Under the pieces are notes generated by a model, which saw only the letters and a program-made list of their open reading frames with translations, was not told where the DNA came from and did not search any database. This document shows positions 1-6,806 of a DNA stretch of 64,000 nucleotides, piece after piece. Made by a program: the position numbers and the translations under genes. This DNA comes from a virus. Positions within the stretch are counted from its first letter, which is position 1. The number at the start of each line of letters is the position of its first letter. The stretch lies in the IMG/VR virus record IMGVR_UViG_3300045988_132703. One strand, 5' to 3'.

Positions 1-80
1 ATTTTTTTTTGTATCAAAAGTTAGTTGAGACTAATCCGCCCGGGCAAGTTAATCATGCCTAACTCAAGGTAAAATTAAAA

Positions 81-99
81 CCGCCCATCTCTGGGCGGC
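81..99 (-). terminator. Rho-independent terminator after the 105..251 gene
   Basis: Hairpin CCGCCCA/TGGGCGG. On the minus strand it is followed by TTTTAATTTT. Confidence 0.6.
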
Positions 100-104
100 T
101 AGCT

Positions 105-251
105 CTAATCTCTGTTGATTTGGGCGCGGGTTTCGTTTTTCTGCGCCTTGCGGTCATATGCGGTTTTCTTCTTAAAACGAGCAGGGCGTACACCCACAAA
201 GGTCTGACGCCGTGCGGCTCGCTCTTTTTTCTGTCGATTCTTTTCAAGCAT
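105..251 (-). CDS. small, very basic early protein (48 aa)
   Basis: ATG at 251 is preceded by AGAGGTGA. The protein MLEKNRQKKERAARRQ... is Lys/Arg-rich. It stops at TAG 105-107, directly in front of the terminator hairpin. Confidence 0.6.
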   Translation of the reverse strand: MLEKNRQKKERAARRQTFVGVRPARFKKKTAYDRKAQKNETRAQINRD

Positions 252-423
252 GATAATCACCTCTGATATGTACATCATAGACGGACAGCGTTTCCAACGG
301 GTGGCGATTCTGCACAATCTTGGTCGCGCTTGCTCCATCGGAAGCCCACGCACTTTCAATCAGCAATTCATTGTCCTTATTGTAGTAGACAACATCATAG
401 CAATTCAGTTCCTTAACACTCAT
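244..423 (-). CDS. hypothetical early protein (59 aa)
   Basis: This uses an internal ATG of the 244..483 track ORF, preceded by AGAGAGGTAA (MSVKELNCYDVVYY...). Its TGA stop overlaps the next start (ATGCTTGA). Confidence 0.6.
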   Translation of the reverse strand: MSVKELNCYDVVYYNKDNELLIESAWASDGASATKIVQNRHPLETLSVYDVHIRGDYHA

Positions 424-454
424 GGGGTTTACCTCTCTTTCATTTTCTATATAT

Positions 455-483
455 ATTATAGCATAGATTTTTGCGTTTGTCAA
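455..483 (-). promoter_or_regulatory. early promoter, TTGACA-17-TATAAT
   Basis: On the minus strand, TTGACA (483-478) is separated by a 17-nt spacer from TATAAT (460-455). The conserved leader ATATATAGAAAATGAAAGAGAGGT follows. Confidence 0.75.
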
Positions 484-782
484 GATTCAAAGAACAAAAA
501 AGTTAAAAGAAGATATAAAGGATAGAGGACAATCTGAAGTGCCGCAATCAAAATTGTTTTGAGTGCGAAAAGAGGGACGCGCAAGCCGCACTTTAAGCCA
601 TCTAAAACATCTTTACTTGTGATTTTATCACGATGATGAATTACACAATGCGCAATCTGAAGAAACCGCGCGAAATTTCCGAGGACATCGCCCATGAAGA
701 AATGAGAGGTAAAATCCCATTTCTTATCGCAGAATTTACAAGTGTAGACAACATGAGAATAATTCAAACCATCGTAAATCAT
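480..782 (-). CDS. hypothetical early protein (100 aa), Cys/His-containing
   Basis: Track ORF with RBS GAAAGGTA upstream of the ATG at 782. It contains CKFCDKKW...HCVIHH. Confidence 0.5.
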   Translation of the reverse strand: MIYDGLNYSHVVYTCKFCDKKWDFTSHFFMGDVLGNFARFLQIAHCVIHHRDKITSKDVLDGLKCGLRVPLFALKTILIAALQIVLYPLYLLLTFLFFES

Positions 783-817
783 TTTTAATACCTTTCTTTC
801 TCTCTTGATTTGTATAT

Positions 818-846
818 ATTATATCATAAGATATATAATTTGTCAA
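818..846 (-). promoter_or_regulatory. early promoter, TTGACA-17-TATAAT
   Basis: The plus strand shows ATTATA 818-823 and TGTCAA 841-846. The conserved leader AATCAAGAGAGAAAGAAAGG follows on the minus strand. Confidence 0.75.
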
Positions 847-921
847 TACCATAAATCGGACTTTCAAAGCGCCCGGGCGCACGAGTTAGCTATGTTTAAC
901 TTTAAATCAAAAAAAGAGAGG

Positions 922-1122
922 TTAATAACCTCTCAATTCCATCCGCACAATGCGGTCTGCCACACAGCGGGCAAGGGACTTTTTATTCCAGTCCCTGCTC
1001 TTGAGCAGATAAGCAATATTCCCAGGGTCAGATGCTCAGAAGCCACGCTGGACACCTTCAGCGATGATGCCCGCTTTCGTGAGCTTCATCAGGCGGTCAT
1101 ATTCGATTTGGAACATATTCAT
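922..1122 (-). CDS. small early ORF with one in-frame TGA (28 aa, or 66 aa if read through)
   Basis: ATG at 1122 follows AAGAGGTAA (MNMFQIEYDRLMKLTKAGIIAEGVQRGF). TGA lies at 1036-1038. The same frame continues for 37 codons to TAA at 922-924, inside the terminator hairpin GAGAGGTTATTAACCTCTC. Confidence 0.35.
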
Positions 1123-1158
1123 GGTAGTTACCTCTTTCTTTCTCTTGATTCTGTATAT

Positions 1159-1186
1159 ATTATACCACAGATTTTTATTTTGTCAA
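1159..1186 (-). promoter_or_regulatory. early promoter
   Basis: The plus strand shows ATTATA 1159-1164 and TGTCAA 1181-1186 with a 16-nt spacer. The same leader block appears as at 781-823. Confidence 0.7.
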
Positions 1187-1252
1187 TACTTTTTATGGGA
1201 CTTCTTGGCGCCCGGGCGAAGATTGTTAAATAAATAACTTTTGATTTTCCTC

Positions 1253-1280
1253 TTGACAAAATAGATTTATATGATATAAT
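1253..1280 (+). promoter_or_regulatory. rightward promoter for the 1317..1901 gene
   Basis: TTGACA 1253-1258 and TATAAT 1275-1280 are separated by a 16-nt spacer. Confidence 0.7.
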
Positions 1281-1316
1281 ATAATCAAGATAAGAAATGG
1301 AGAGAGGCAAATAAAA

Positions 1317-1901
1317 ATGGAAGATTACATGATTTATGAAGTATGTGATGATATTCTTTATATTCCGCGAGGAATTCAGACATGGCTTGCAAATCGTCCC
1401 ATGGAAAAGAAAATTTTTGAAGAATGGTTAGTTCAAAAAAAGAAACGCTATTATGTCCATTATATCGCGCTTAGTTCTTTTGGGACAAGAAAATATGGAC
1501 AAAGAACGATGCATATTAAGAAAAGAAATACTTCTTTTCACGCAGATGGAAACAGTGATGCCGATAAAGTCCGCCGAGAGCTAAAAATTGGTGGTGGTTA
1601 CGCTTATGTTATGGTCTTTGAAGGCGGTTTTAAAGTTGGTTTGACTAATGATTTAAAGCATCGCCGCAATCAGCTTAACGCTACTCACGACCATCATTAT
1701 GAAATTGCTTGGAGTTCTTCTTTTTCTACCTATGAAGCCGCCGCAATGATGGAATGTGATTTGCATTACTACTATAAAAAGTTGTATCCTAACAACTTCA
1801 TTCCTAATGACCATTTTAACATTGACGGTTTTGACGCTAGGCGCGATGTAAGAAAACTTAACAAAATGGCGGAAGAGTGTGAAGCACGTTATGCCGCTTG
1901 A
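1317..1901 (+). CDS. T5orf172 / GIY-YIG-superfamily-like nuclease domain protein (194 aa), free-standing
   Basis: It has the motif GGYAYVMVFEGGFKVGLTNDLKHRRNQL. It is the only plus-strand gene inside the minus-strand early block, with its own promoter, RBS GGAGAGAGG and terminator. Confidence 0.55.
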   Translation: MEDYMIYEVCDDILYIPRGIQTWLANRPMEKKIFEEWLVQKKKRYYVHYIALSSFGTRKYGQRTMHIKKRNTSFHADGNSDADKVRRELKIGGGYAYVMVFEGGFKVGLTNDLKHRRNQLNATHDHHYEIAWSSSFSTYEAAAMMECDLHYYYKKLYPNNFIPNDHFNIDGFDARRDVRKLNKMAEECEARYAA

Positions 1902-1922
1902 GGGCTTATGCCCTCTTTTTTA
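1900..1922 (+). terminator. Rho-independent terminator
   Basis: Hairpin GAGGGC-TTAT-GCCCTC is followed by TTTTTTAT. Confidence 0.7.
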
Positions 1923-1983
1923 TCTTAACTTATTAGTTGTAACTAACCGCCCGGTTAAGTTAGTTAAGACTAACCTGATAGAT

Positions 1984-2008
1984 AAAATAAAAGCCGCATA
2001 AAGCGGCT
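1984..2008 (-). terminator. Rho-independent terminator (minus strand)
   Basis: Hairpin AGCCGC-TTTAT-GCGGCT is followed by TTTTATTTT on the minus strand. Confidence 0.65.
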
Positions 2009-2013
2009 CAAAA

Positions 2014-2247
2014 TTATTTGTATTTAAATTGGACATTAGACGAATTGACATAAGGGGTTGTGTAACTTTCATAATGCCCACCATAAGGGTCAAGATGAAC
2101 ATAAACTCCTGTGTCATGAAGTTCATCCAAAGTCTCTTTGAGCGTGTCAATCAAATCGTGGATCTTTGCTTTTCTTGCTCGTTCTTCACGAGACTTAATG
2201 ATAGCGTCAATATCTTCCTGAGTCAAAGTCATAACATCAATATTCAT
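2014..2247 (-). CDS. hypothetical early protein (77 aa)
   Basis: Track ORF with RBS AAAGGAAG upstream. Confidence 0.6.
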   Translation of the reverse strand: MNIDVMTLTQEDIDAIIKSREERARKAKIHDLIDTLKETLDELHDTGVYVHLDPYGGHYESYTTPYVNSSNVQFKYK

Positions 2248-2251
2248 TTAA

Positions 2252-2578
2252 TTACTTCCTTTCTATCAACCACGAGGTAACGACCATCGGTGTTTCAGTT
2301 TTAAACCCAATTATCATACAGGCGACTTGCTTTTTATTATATGATACTCGAATACCAACTGAAATGATTTCGTTTTCCTCTAACTTTACTTCATAAATTG
2401 TAGCGCGTTTCATTTTTGTAGATGAGATTTTATTTAGGTCAATATTGCGCTCCTCTACTCTGTCTAAAAAATGTCCAGTCCTTGCTAATCTTTCAAAGTC
2501 TACTGTGTCAAGTTTTTCCTGAGCTAACTTAATCAGCGGCTTTCGCTTGGACAGCTGATAGCCGTTATATACCACCAT
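2252..2578 (-). CDS. hypothetical early protein (108 aa)
   Basis: Track ORF with RBS AAAGGAG upstream. Confidence 0.6.
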   Translation of the reverse strand: MVVYNGYQLSKRKPLIKLAQEKLDTVDFERLARTGHFLDRVEERNIDLNKISSTKMKRATIYEVKLEENEIISVGIRVSYNKKQVACMIIGFKTETPMVVTSWLIERK

Positions 2579-2612
2579 TTTCTTTTGCTCCTTTCTCTCT
2601 TGGTGTATCTAT

Positions 2613-2641
2613 ATTATATATCATTGCGCGAGAAATGTCAA
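2613..2641 (-). promoter_or_regulatory. early promoter
   Basis: The plus strand shows ATTATA 2613-2618 and TGTCAA 2636-2641 with a 17-nt spacer. Confidence 0.7.
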
Positions 2642-2782
2642 GAGGAAATTTGAAAGTTAATTATTTAACAAAGTTTGCCCGGGCAGTTAATCCTAACTAA
2701 CTTATACGGCAATAAAAAAAGAGGGTATAAGCCCTCTTAATATCTATAAAATAAAGGAACGATAATAACTTTCTTAGCCATT

Positions 2783-3022
2783 TTACATAACCTCCACATA
2801 AAAAGCACTATAAGTACCGCGCTCACTATCGCAGTTGTAATACTCAAAAGCATTTACCAGCGAATCAAAAGAAGAATAACCAGCATAATAGTTTGCGTCA
2901 CTCTTGTAATTCACAAGAATACCCCAGCGTAACGGGTCTTGGAAACGCGGCACAATCCAAAACTCTTTGCCTTCGTTGAACAGTTTACGAGCAGTGCGCT
3001 TATTGATTCTCTTGACAGTCAT
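2783..3022 (-). CDS. hypothetical early protein (79 aa)
   Basis: This uses an internal ATG of the 2783..3091 track ORF, preceded by AAGAAAGAGGTAAACAAA (MTVKRINKRTARKLF...). The upstream part of the track ORF covers the promoter. Confidence 0.6.
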   Translation of the reverse strand: MTVKRINKRTARKLFNEGKEFWIVPRFQDPLRWGILVNYKSDANYYAGYSSFDSLVNAFEYYNCDSERGTYSAFYVEVM

Positions 3023-3058
3023 TTTGTTTACCTCTTTCTTATCTCTTATCTTGTATAT

Positions 3059-3087
3059 AGTATAGCATAGATAATTCAGAATGTCAA
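3059..3087 (-). promoter_or_regulatory. early promoter (TTGACA-17-TATACT)
   Basis: The plus strand shows AGTATA 3059-3064 and TGTCAA 3082-3087. Confidence 0.65.
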
Positions 3088-3158
3088 GCATTATTTTCTT
3101 AAAGACCGTTTTATTGGACTGCGCCCGGGCCAGTTAGCTACAACTAATTTTTAAATTT

Positions 3159-3329
3159 TTATTCAAACGCTGTTCTTTCTTCATCCTCACAGATGAAATC
3201 GTCATCTTCATCCCAGAACAATACGAAATCGTCACAATCAGTAAGTGGATTTTCAATCCCGCATTCTCCGTTTTTGTAGTACGGACAGTCCCAACCATTA
3301 GCAGGACAATAAATTTTTCCTTTTCTCAT
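3159..3329 (-). CDS. hypothetical Cys-rich acidic early protein (56 aa)
   Basis: This ORF is below the track size cut-off. ATG at 3329 follows AAAGGTGA. The protein is MRKGKIYCPANGWDCPYYKNGECGIENPLTDCDDF..., ending at TAA 3159-3161. Confidence 0.5.
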   Translation of the reverse strand: MRKGKIYCPANGWDCPYYKNGECGIENPLTDCDDFVLFWDEDDDFICEDEERTAFE

Positions 3330-3341
3330 AGTTATCACCTT

Positions 3342-3581
3342 TTAGCAATCGTAGGTAAAACAGCCTGCATAGGGATCAAAGCCTTCATCGCTGTCAATAT
3401 CGTCAGGCTCGTCAGGCTCATCGTCTTCATCAGGCTCATAAGCAAGAAAGAAGATTCTTGCACCCTTATGCTGAGCTGCAAGATCACGGGCTTCTTCATA
3501 ACTCGTACACGGCACACCTGCATATTCCCCGTTATTCTTAACGACAGCCCACAAAGCGGAATTGAAATCGAAATCTCTCAT
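3342..3581 (-). CDS. hypothetical early protein with acidic tail (79 aa)
   Basis: Track ORF with RBS AGAAGG upstream. It contains a DEDDEPDEPDDIDSDE stretch. Confidence 0.6.
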   Translation of the reverse strand: MRDFDFNSALWAVVKNNGEYAGVPCTSYEEARDLAAQHKGARIFFLAYEPDEDDEPDEPDDIDSDEGFDPYAGCFTYDC

Positions 3582-3614
3582 AATTGGAACCTTCTTTCTT
3601 TTGATTGTGTATAT

Positions 3615-3643
3615 ATTATATCACGCATAGCTTAATTTGTCAA
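3615..3643 (-). promoter_or_regulatory. early promoter
   Basis: The plus strand shows ATTATA 3615-3620 and TGTCAA 3638-3643 with a 17-nt spacer. Confidence 0.7.
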
Positions 3644-3710
3644 TAGGTGTTTTGAAAGTTATTTATTTAACAAGTTCGCCCGGACAGTTAAACGTAACTA
3701 ACTGATAGGC

Positions 3711-4055
3711 AAAAAGAAACCGCATCGGATTTGATTCGTAAACCCCTGCAGTGGTTTAACATTTATCCGATACGGACAAGTATGGTGCTTGTTTGGCGGC
3801 GCATTCGCCCATCAATAGCGCAATAAGTAGATGCTAAGTGAATCCAGTATAATACATTCTAAATACCTTCTAAATTACAATAAAATTTTAGGCTCAGTCG
3901 CTAAGTAAATCCCGTATAATATTTCATAGGGCCTCCCACCGCAACCGATTATTACGGCTTCGTAATTTAATTATACACAATATGTTAAAGCGTTTAATCT
4001 TCGGGCGCCACCCCTACGTCCATATCATAGGCATTTCCTTTCTTTCTCTCTTGCT
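3711..4055 (-). ncRNA. candidate non-coding early transcript of about 345 nt
   Basis: It is bounded by the promoter at 4064-4092 and a long terminator hairpin (CCGTATCGGAT...ATCCGATGCGG plus TTTCTTTTT on the minus strand, 3711-3775). The only start behind the leader gives MPMIWT and then TAG. There is an internal direct repeat GCTAAGT(G/A)AATCC(A/C)GTATAATA at 3834-3854 and 3900-3920. Confidence 0.3.
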
Positions 4056-4063
4056 GTGTATAT

Positions 4064-4092
4064 ATAATACCATAGAATTATGGGATTGTCAA
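4064..4092 (-). promoter_or_regulatory. early promoter (TTGACA-17-TATTAT)
   Basis: The plus strand shows ATAATA 4064-4069 and TGTCAA 4087-4092. Confidence 0.65.
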
Positions 4093-4175
4093 TAAGAAAT
4101 TTGAATTTTATAGTCCGATTTATGGGATTTAATTTGCGCCCGGGCAGAGTTAGATAGTACTAACTACCTAACTTT

Positions 4176-4319
4176 TTAAGTATTATTTTCGTGCATGATT
4201 TTTTCAAGACGAGCCGCAGCTTCTTGAGCAATGCGGATGGATTCTTCTTTGCTCGGTATCACGAACTGTGGACGGTAGCCATACTTGTGAACCTGATTTA
4301 CATTGTAATACTTAGTCAT
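4176..4319 (-). CDS. hypothetical early protein (47 aa)
   Basis: This ORF is below the track cut-off. It starts at ATG 4319 (MTKYYNVNQVHKYGYRPQFVIPSKEESIRIAQEAAARLEKIMHENNT) and ends at TAA 4176-4178. Confidence 0.45.
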   Translation of the reverse strand: MTKYYNVNQVHKYGYRPQFVIPSKEESIRIAQEAAARLEKIMHENNT

Positions 4320-4362
4320 ATCTGTTTACCTCTCTTTTGTTTATCTCTCTTTCAGTGTCTAT

Positions 4363-4391
4363 ATTATAGCATAGTGCAAGCGATTTGTCAA
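4363..4391 (-). promoter_or_regulatory. early promoter
   Basis: The plus strand shows ATTATA 4363-4368 and TGTCAA 4386-4391 with a 17-nt spacer. Confidence 0.7.
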
Positions 4392-4503
4392 TCCCATTTA
4401 TGGTACTTTTAACTTGTTATTTATTTCACAATGTTTTGCCCGGGCGAATACTTGTTAAAAATTTAGCAAACTCGCCCAATAAAAAAGAGTGGATAGAATC
4501 CAC

Positions 4504-4677
4504 TCAATCTTTTGTGTATTCGTGAACAGATTCCTGTCCAATCAATTCATAGCTGATGGTATAAGAATCATCGTTGCCGCCCTCATATCGCGCGGACTTG
4601 ACAGCGGCATTAAAACCGAAAATATGAGCAAGGACAACAGCAATCAACAGAACCATAGTATAAAGAATCTTTTTCAT
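4504..4677 (-). CDS. small membrane or secreted early protein (57 aa)
   Basis: This uses an internal ATG of the 4504..4827 track ORF, preceded by AAAAGGAGTG. The N-terminus MKKILYTMVLLIAVVLAHIFGF is hydrophobic. Confidence 0.55.
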   Translation of the reverse strand: MKKILYTMVLLIAVVLAHIFGFNAAVKSARYEGGNDDSYTISYELIGQESVHEYTKD

Positions 4678-4696
4678 TTTGATACACTCCTTTTGA

Positions 4697-4861
4697 TTAG
4701 AAAAGAATCTTGCCGCAGAAGGCTTCGAGTGCGATAAAGTCATCGCCTGCGAACAGGACTTCATCACCGCGGCGGATAGTAACATAGCAGTCCATGGCAC
4801 GCTCCACATCATAGCCCATCTCGTCAAGAGCCATCAGTATTTTATTGATTTTGTTCTTCAT
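4697..4861 (-). CDS. hypothetical early protein (54 aa), paralog of 6536..6715
   Basis: ATG at 4861 follows AAAGAGGTAAACAAAAA (MKNKINKILMALDEMGYDVERAMD...). It shares INK-(I/M)-LMALDEMG-(Y/F) with the 6536..6715 product. Confidence 0.55.
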   Translation of the reverse strand: MKNKINKILMALDEMGYDVERAMDCYVTIRRGDEVLFAGDDFIALEAFCGKILF

Positions 4862-4893
4862 TTTTGTTTACCTCTTTCTTTGTTTCTGTATAT

Positions 4894-4921
4894 ATTATAC
4901 CATATATATTTTATTTGTCAA
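4894..4921 (-). promoter_or_regulatory. early promoter
   Basis: The plus strand shows ATTATA 4894-4899 and TGTCAA 4916-4921 with a 16-nt spacer. Confidence 0.7.
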
Positions 4922-5014
4922 TACCTATTTTAGGAAAGTCCTAATTATGGGACTGTAAAGTCGCCCGGGAATTCAAGTTAATTGAAACTAACTAAAAAAT
5001 AAAGGGCTGATTTC

Positions 5015-5194
5015 TCAGTTCTCTTTATTACTTAATAACCAATCAACATAATCTTTACTGACTTCGCCCTGTTTCGGCAACATTCTACCAAAAGGGTCAG
5101 TATAAACATGATTGACTTTATATTTTCCTGTTTCTGTGCGCTCAACGCTCAAAATTTTGTCGCCGATTGCGCGGTAATACTTTTCTTTTTCCAT
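5015..5194 (-). CDS. hypothetical early protein (59 aa)
   Basis: ATG at 5194 lies 6 nt after AAGAGGTG. The track ORF start at 5203 is a GTG inside that RBS. Confidence 0.55.
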   Translation of the reverse strand: MEKEKYYRAIGDKILSVERTETGKYKVNHVYTDPFGRMLPKQGEVSKDYVDWLLSNKEN

Positions 5195-5206
5195 TTGATT
5201 CACCTC

Positions 5207-5395
5207 TTAAAAATCACGGTCATCAAACATAGGCTGGTCAGCCATAAAATAATGATAGCCAGCCAAAACTTTCGGACTAGAATCTTTCGGATAGTAGTCA
5301 TGCGTGGCTTGATTGAGTTTATCACATTCTTCTTGCGAACCACCATAACGATACAAGAAAGTATTGCCATCTTTTTCCATGTAAATGCACTTCAT
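5207..5395 (-). CDS. hypothetical early protein (62 aa)
   Basis: Track ORF with RBS AAAGAGGTAA upstream. Confidence 0.6.
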   Translation of the reverse strand: MKCIYMEKDGNTFLYRYGGSQEECDKLNQATHDYYPKDSSPKVLAGYHYFMADQPMFDDRDF

Positions 5396-5428
5396 ATTTA
5401 TTACCTCTTTCTTTCTTTCTGTATCTAA

Positions 5429-5457
5429 ATTATATCATACATTTCGGGATATGTCAA
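5429..5457 (-). promoter_or_regulatory. early promoter
   Basis: The plus strand shows ATTATA 5429-5434 and TGTCAA 5452-5457 with a 17-nt spacer. Confidence 0.7.
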
Positions 5458-5529
5458 TAGTAATCAGCCCAATTTATAGGACTTTCTAAATTTTTTAATT
5501 AGTTGAAACTAACTTTACCCGGGCATTTT

Positions 5530-6050
5530 AGGAGTCAATAAAATTATAAGCTGGCCGCGTACAAATAATAGGAAAATTTTTTTAATTAAAAACCACACAA
5601 AATAGGAAAACTAAATTTAATTTTAGGATTTGCTATTGATAAAATTAAAATTAAATTACATAATTTTAGGATTTTTTATTGTATATATGTATATATAAAT
5701 ATATATAATTTATATTAAATGATAGTTAGTTTCAGGATTTTATTTTAATTCTTTTTCTATTGATTAAAATAAAATCAATATAATTTTAGGATAATTTATA
5801 TACATATATATAAATATATACATATATCCAATATAATATATCATTTCGGGAAAACTAATTCCAAAAGTAAAAATCAAATTTTTTAGAATTCAAATTTTAT
5901 TTGATTGCGCCCGGCGGATACCTTGTATAGTTTTAGGATTTTATTATTAGATTTTGCTATTGATTTACAAATGAATCAAAATAAAATCGAGCAACCCTAT
6001 TTCGGGAAACTCGATTTTTTAATTTGAGTATGATTTTGGATGAATCAAAA
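5530..6050. repeat. non-coding, extremely AT-rich repeat region (candidate replication origin)
   Basis: No ORF is present. There are at least 7 copies of TTTTAGGAT-like boxes (near 5525, 5621, 5664, 5731, 5784, 5881 and 5931), two copies of TTGCTATTGAT, two (TA)-rich blocks TATATATGTATATATAAATATATATA / TATACATATATATAAATATATACATATAT, and two copies of ATTTCGGGAAA. Confidence 0.5.
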
Positions 6051-6233
6051 TTAAATCATCCATTTCAAATTCATATAAATCCAATGGGGTATTTCAGCTT
6101 TGCTCATGTTTTTCAACGCAACCTCGTCAAACATTAAACCGCCTTCAACCTCAAAAGCCTTGACACCGTTTTTATTCAGAAGCTCTGCAAATGCTTTGTT
6201 ATCAAACAGACTGTTGGTGTTGTACATTTTCAT
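6051..6233 (-). CDS. hypothetical early protein (60 aa)
   Basis: Track ORF with RBS GAGGAAG/ATGAGGTA upstream. Confidence 0.55.
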   Translation of the reverse strand: MKMYNTNSLFDNKAFAELLNKNGVKAFEVEGGLMFDEVALKNMSKAEIPHWIYMNLKWMI

Positions 6234-6282
6234 AGTAGATACCTCATTCTTCCTCGGTGGTTTTATCTCTTTCAGTGTCTAT

Positions 6283-6311
6283 ATTATACCATGGTGCAAG
6301 CCGGATGTCAA
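6283..6311 (-). promoter_or_regulatory. early promoter
   Basis: The plus strand shows ATTATA 6283-6288 and TGTCAA 6306-6311 with a 17-nt spacer. Confidence 0.7.
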
Positions 6312-6360
6312 TGTTTGGTAGTACTATAAAACGGATTTCTAAATAAAATCATAGTATTCT

Positions 6361-6520
6361 AGTTAGTTATGACTAACTGTGAGTTAGTATAATTGGTTAG
6401 TTATAACTAACCGAACTATGACGCTATTGAGTTAGCTATGACTAACTCTTGCCTGGGTGAACTAGTTAGACATGACTAACTTGCCCGGGCAAACATAGTT
6501 AGCTATGCCTAACCCGGCGG
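6361..6520. promoter_or_regulatory. array of about 6 inverted-repeat boxes AGTTAG-N6-CTAACT with CCCGGG-type palindromes (candidate protein-binding array)
   Basis: The boxes are AGTTAGTTATGACTAACT, GGTTAGTTATAACTAACC, AGTTAGCTATGACTAACT, AGTTAGACATGACTAACT and AGTTAGCTATGCCTAACC, plus one half box. GCCTGGGTG, GCCCGGGC and CCCGGCGG are interspersed. There is no ORF. Confidence 0.6.
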
Positions 6521-6535
6521 AAAAGAAAGAGCGGA

Positions 6536-6715
6536 TTAGTGCTCATTACTAACCCACTTCAAGAGTCCTTCATAAGGCTGGACTGATTTGAAATCGCCTG
6601 TCAGAATCAAATTTTCATTTTCATCAAAGATTTGGACAAATTCATCCATAACTCTCTCTACGATAAAACCCATTTCATCGAGAGCCATCAGCATTTTATT
6701 GATTTCATTCATCAT
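6536..6715 (-). CDS. hypothetical early protein (59 aa), paralog of 4697..4861
   Basis: This ORF is below the track cut-off. ATG at 6715 follows AAAGAGGTAACTAAA (MMNEINKMLMALDEMGFIVERVMD...). It ends at TAA 6536-6538. Confidence 0.55.
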   Translation of the reverse strand: MMNEINKMLMALDEMGFIVERVMDEFVQIFDENENLILTGDFKSVQPYEGLLKWVSNEH

Positions 6716-6806
6716 TTTAGTTACCTCTTTCTATTGGTTGATTAGTTGATTGATACACAAGGATTAGGGCGGCCCACCCCGAAGGGTGGGCTTTTCAGCC
6801 CCTCTC

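Noticed and set aside
250-1233. Plus-strand ORFs 250..525 and 805..1233, and similar ones at 4191, 4489, 5108, 6100, 6786 and 7215, in the early region.
   Set aside because: They run through the minus-strand promoters, leaders and terminators, lack SD sequences, and overlap better-supported minus-strand genes.
3700-4060. A possible suppressor tRNA (anticodon CUA) in the ORF-free regions 3.7-4.05 kb, 5.5-6.05 kb and 7.4-7.7 kb.
   Set aside because: On neither strand could I find a cloverleaf with a 7-bp acceptor stem, a GTTCRANNC T-loop and a CT-CTA-AA anticodon loop. A proper tRNA scan should still be run.
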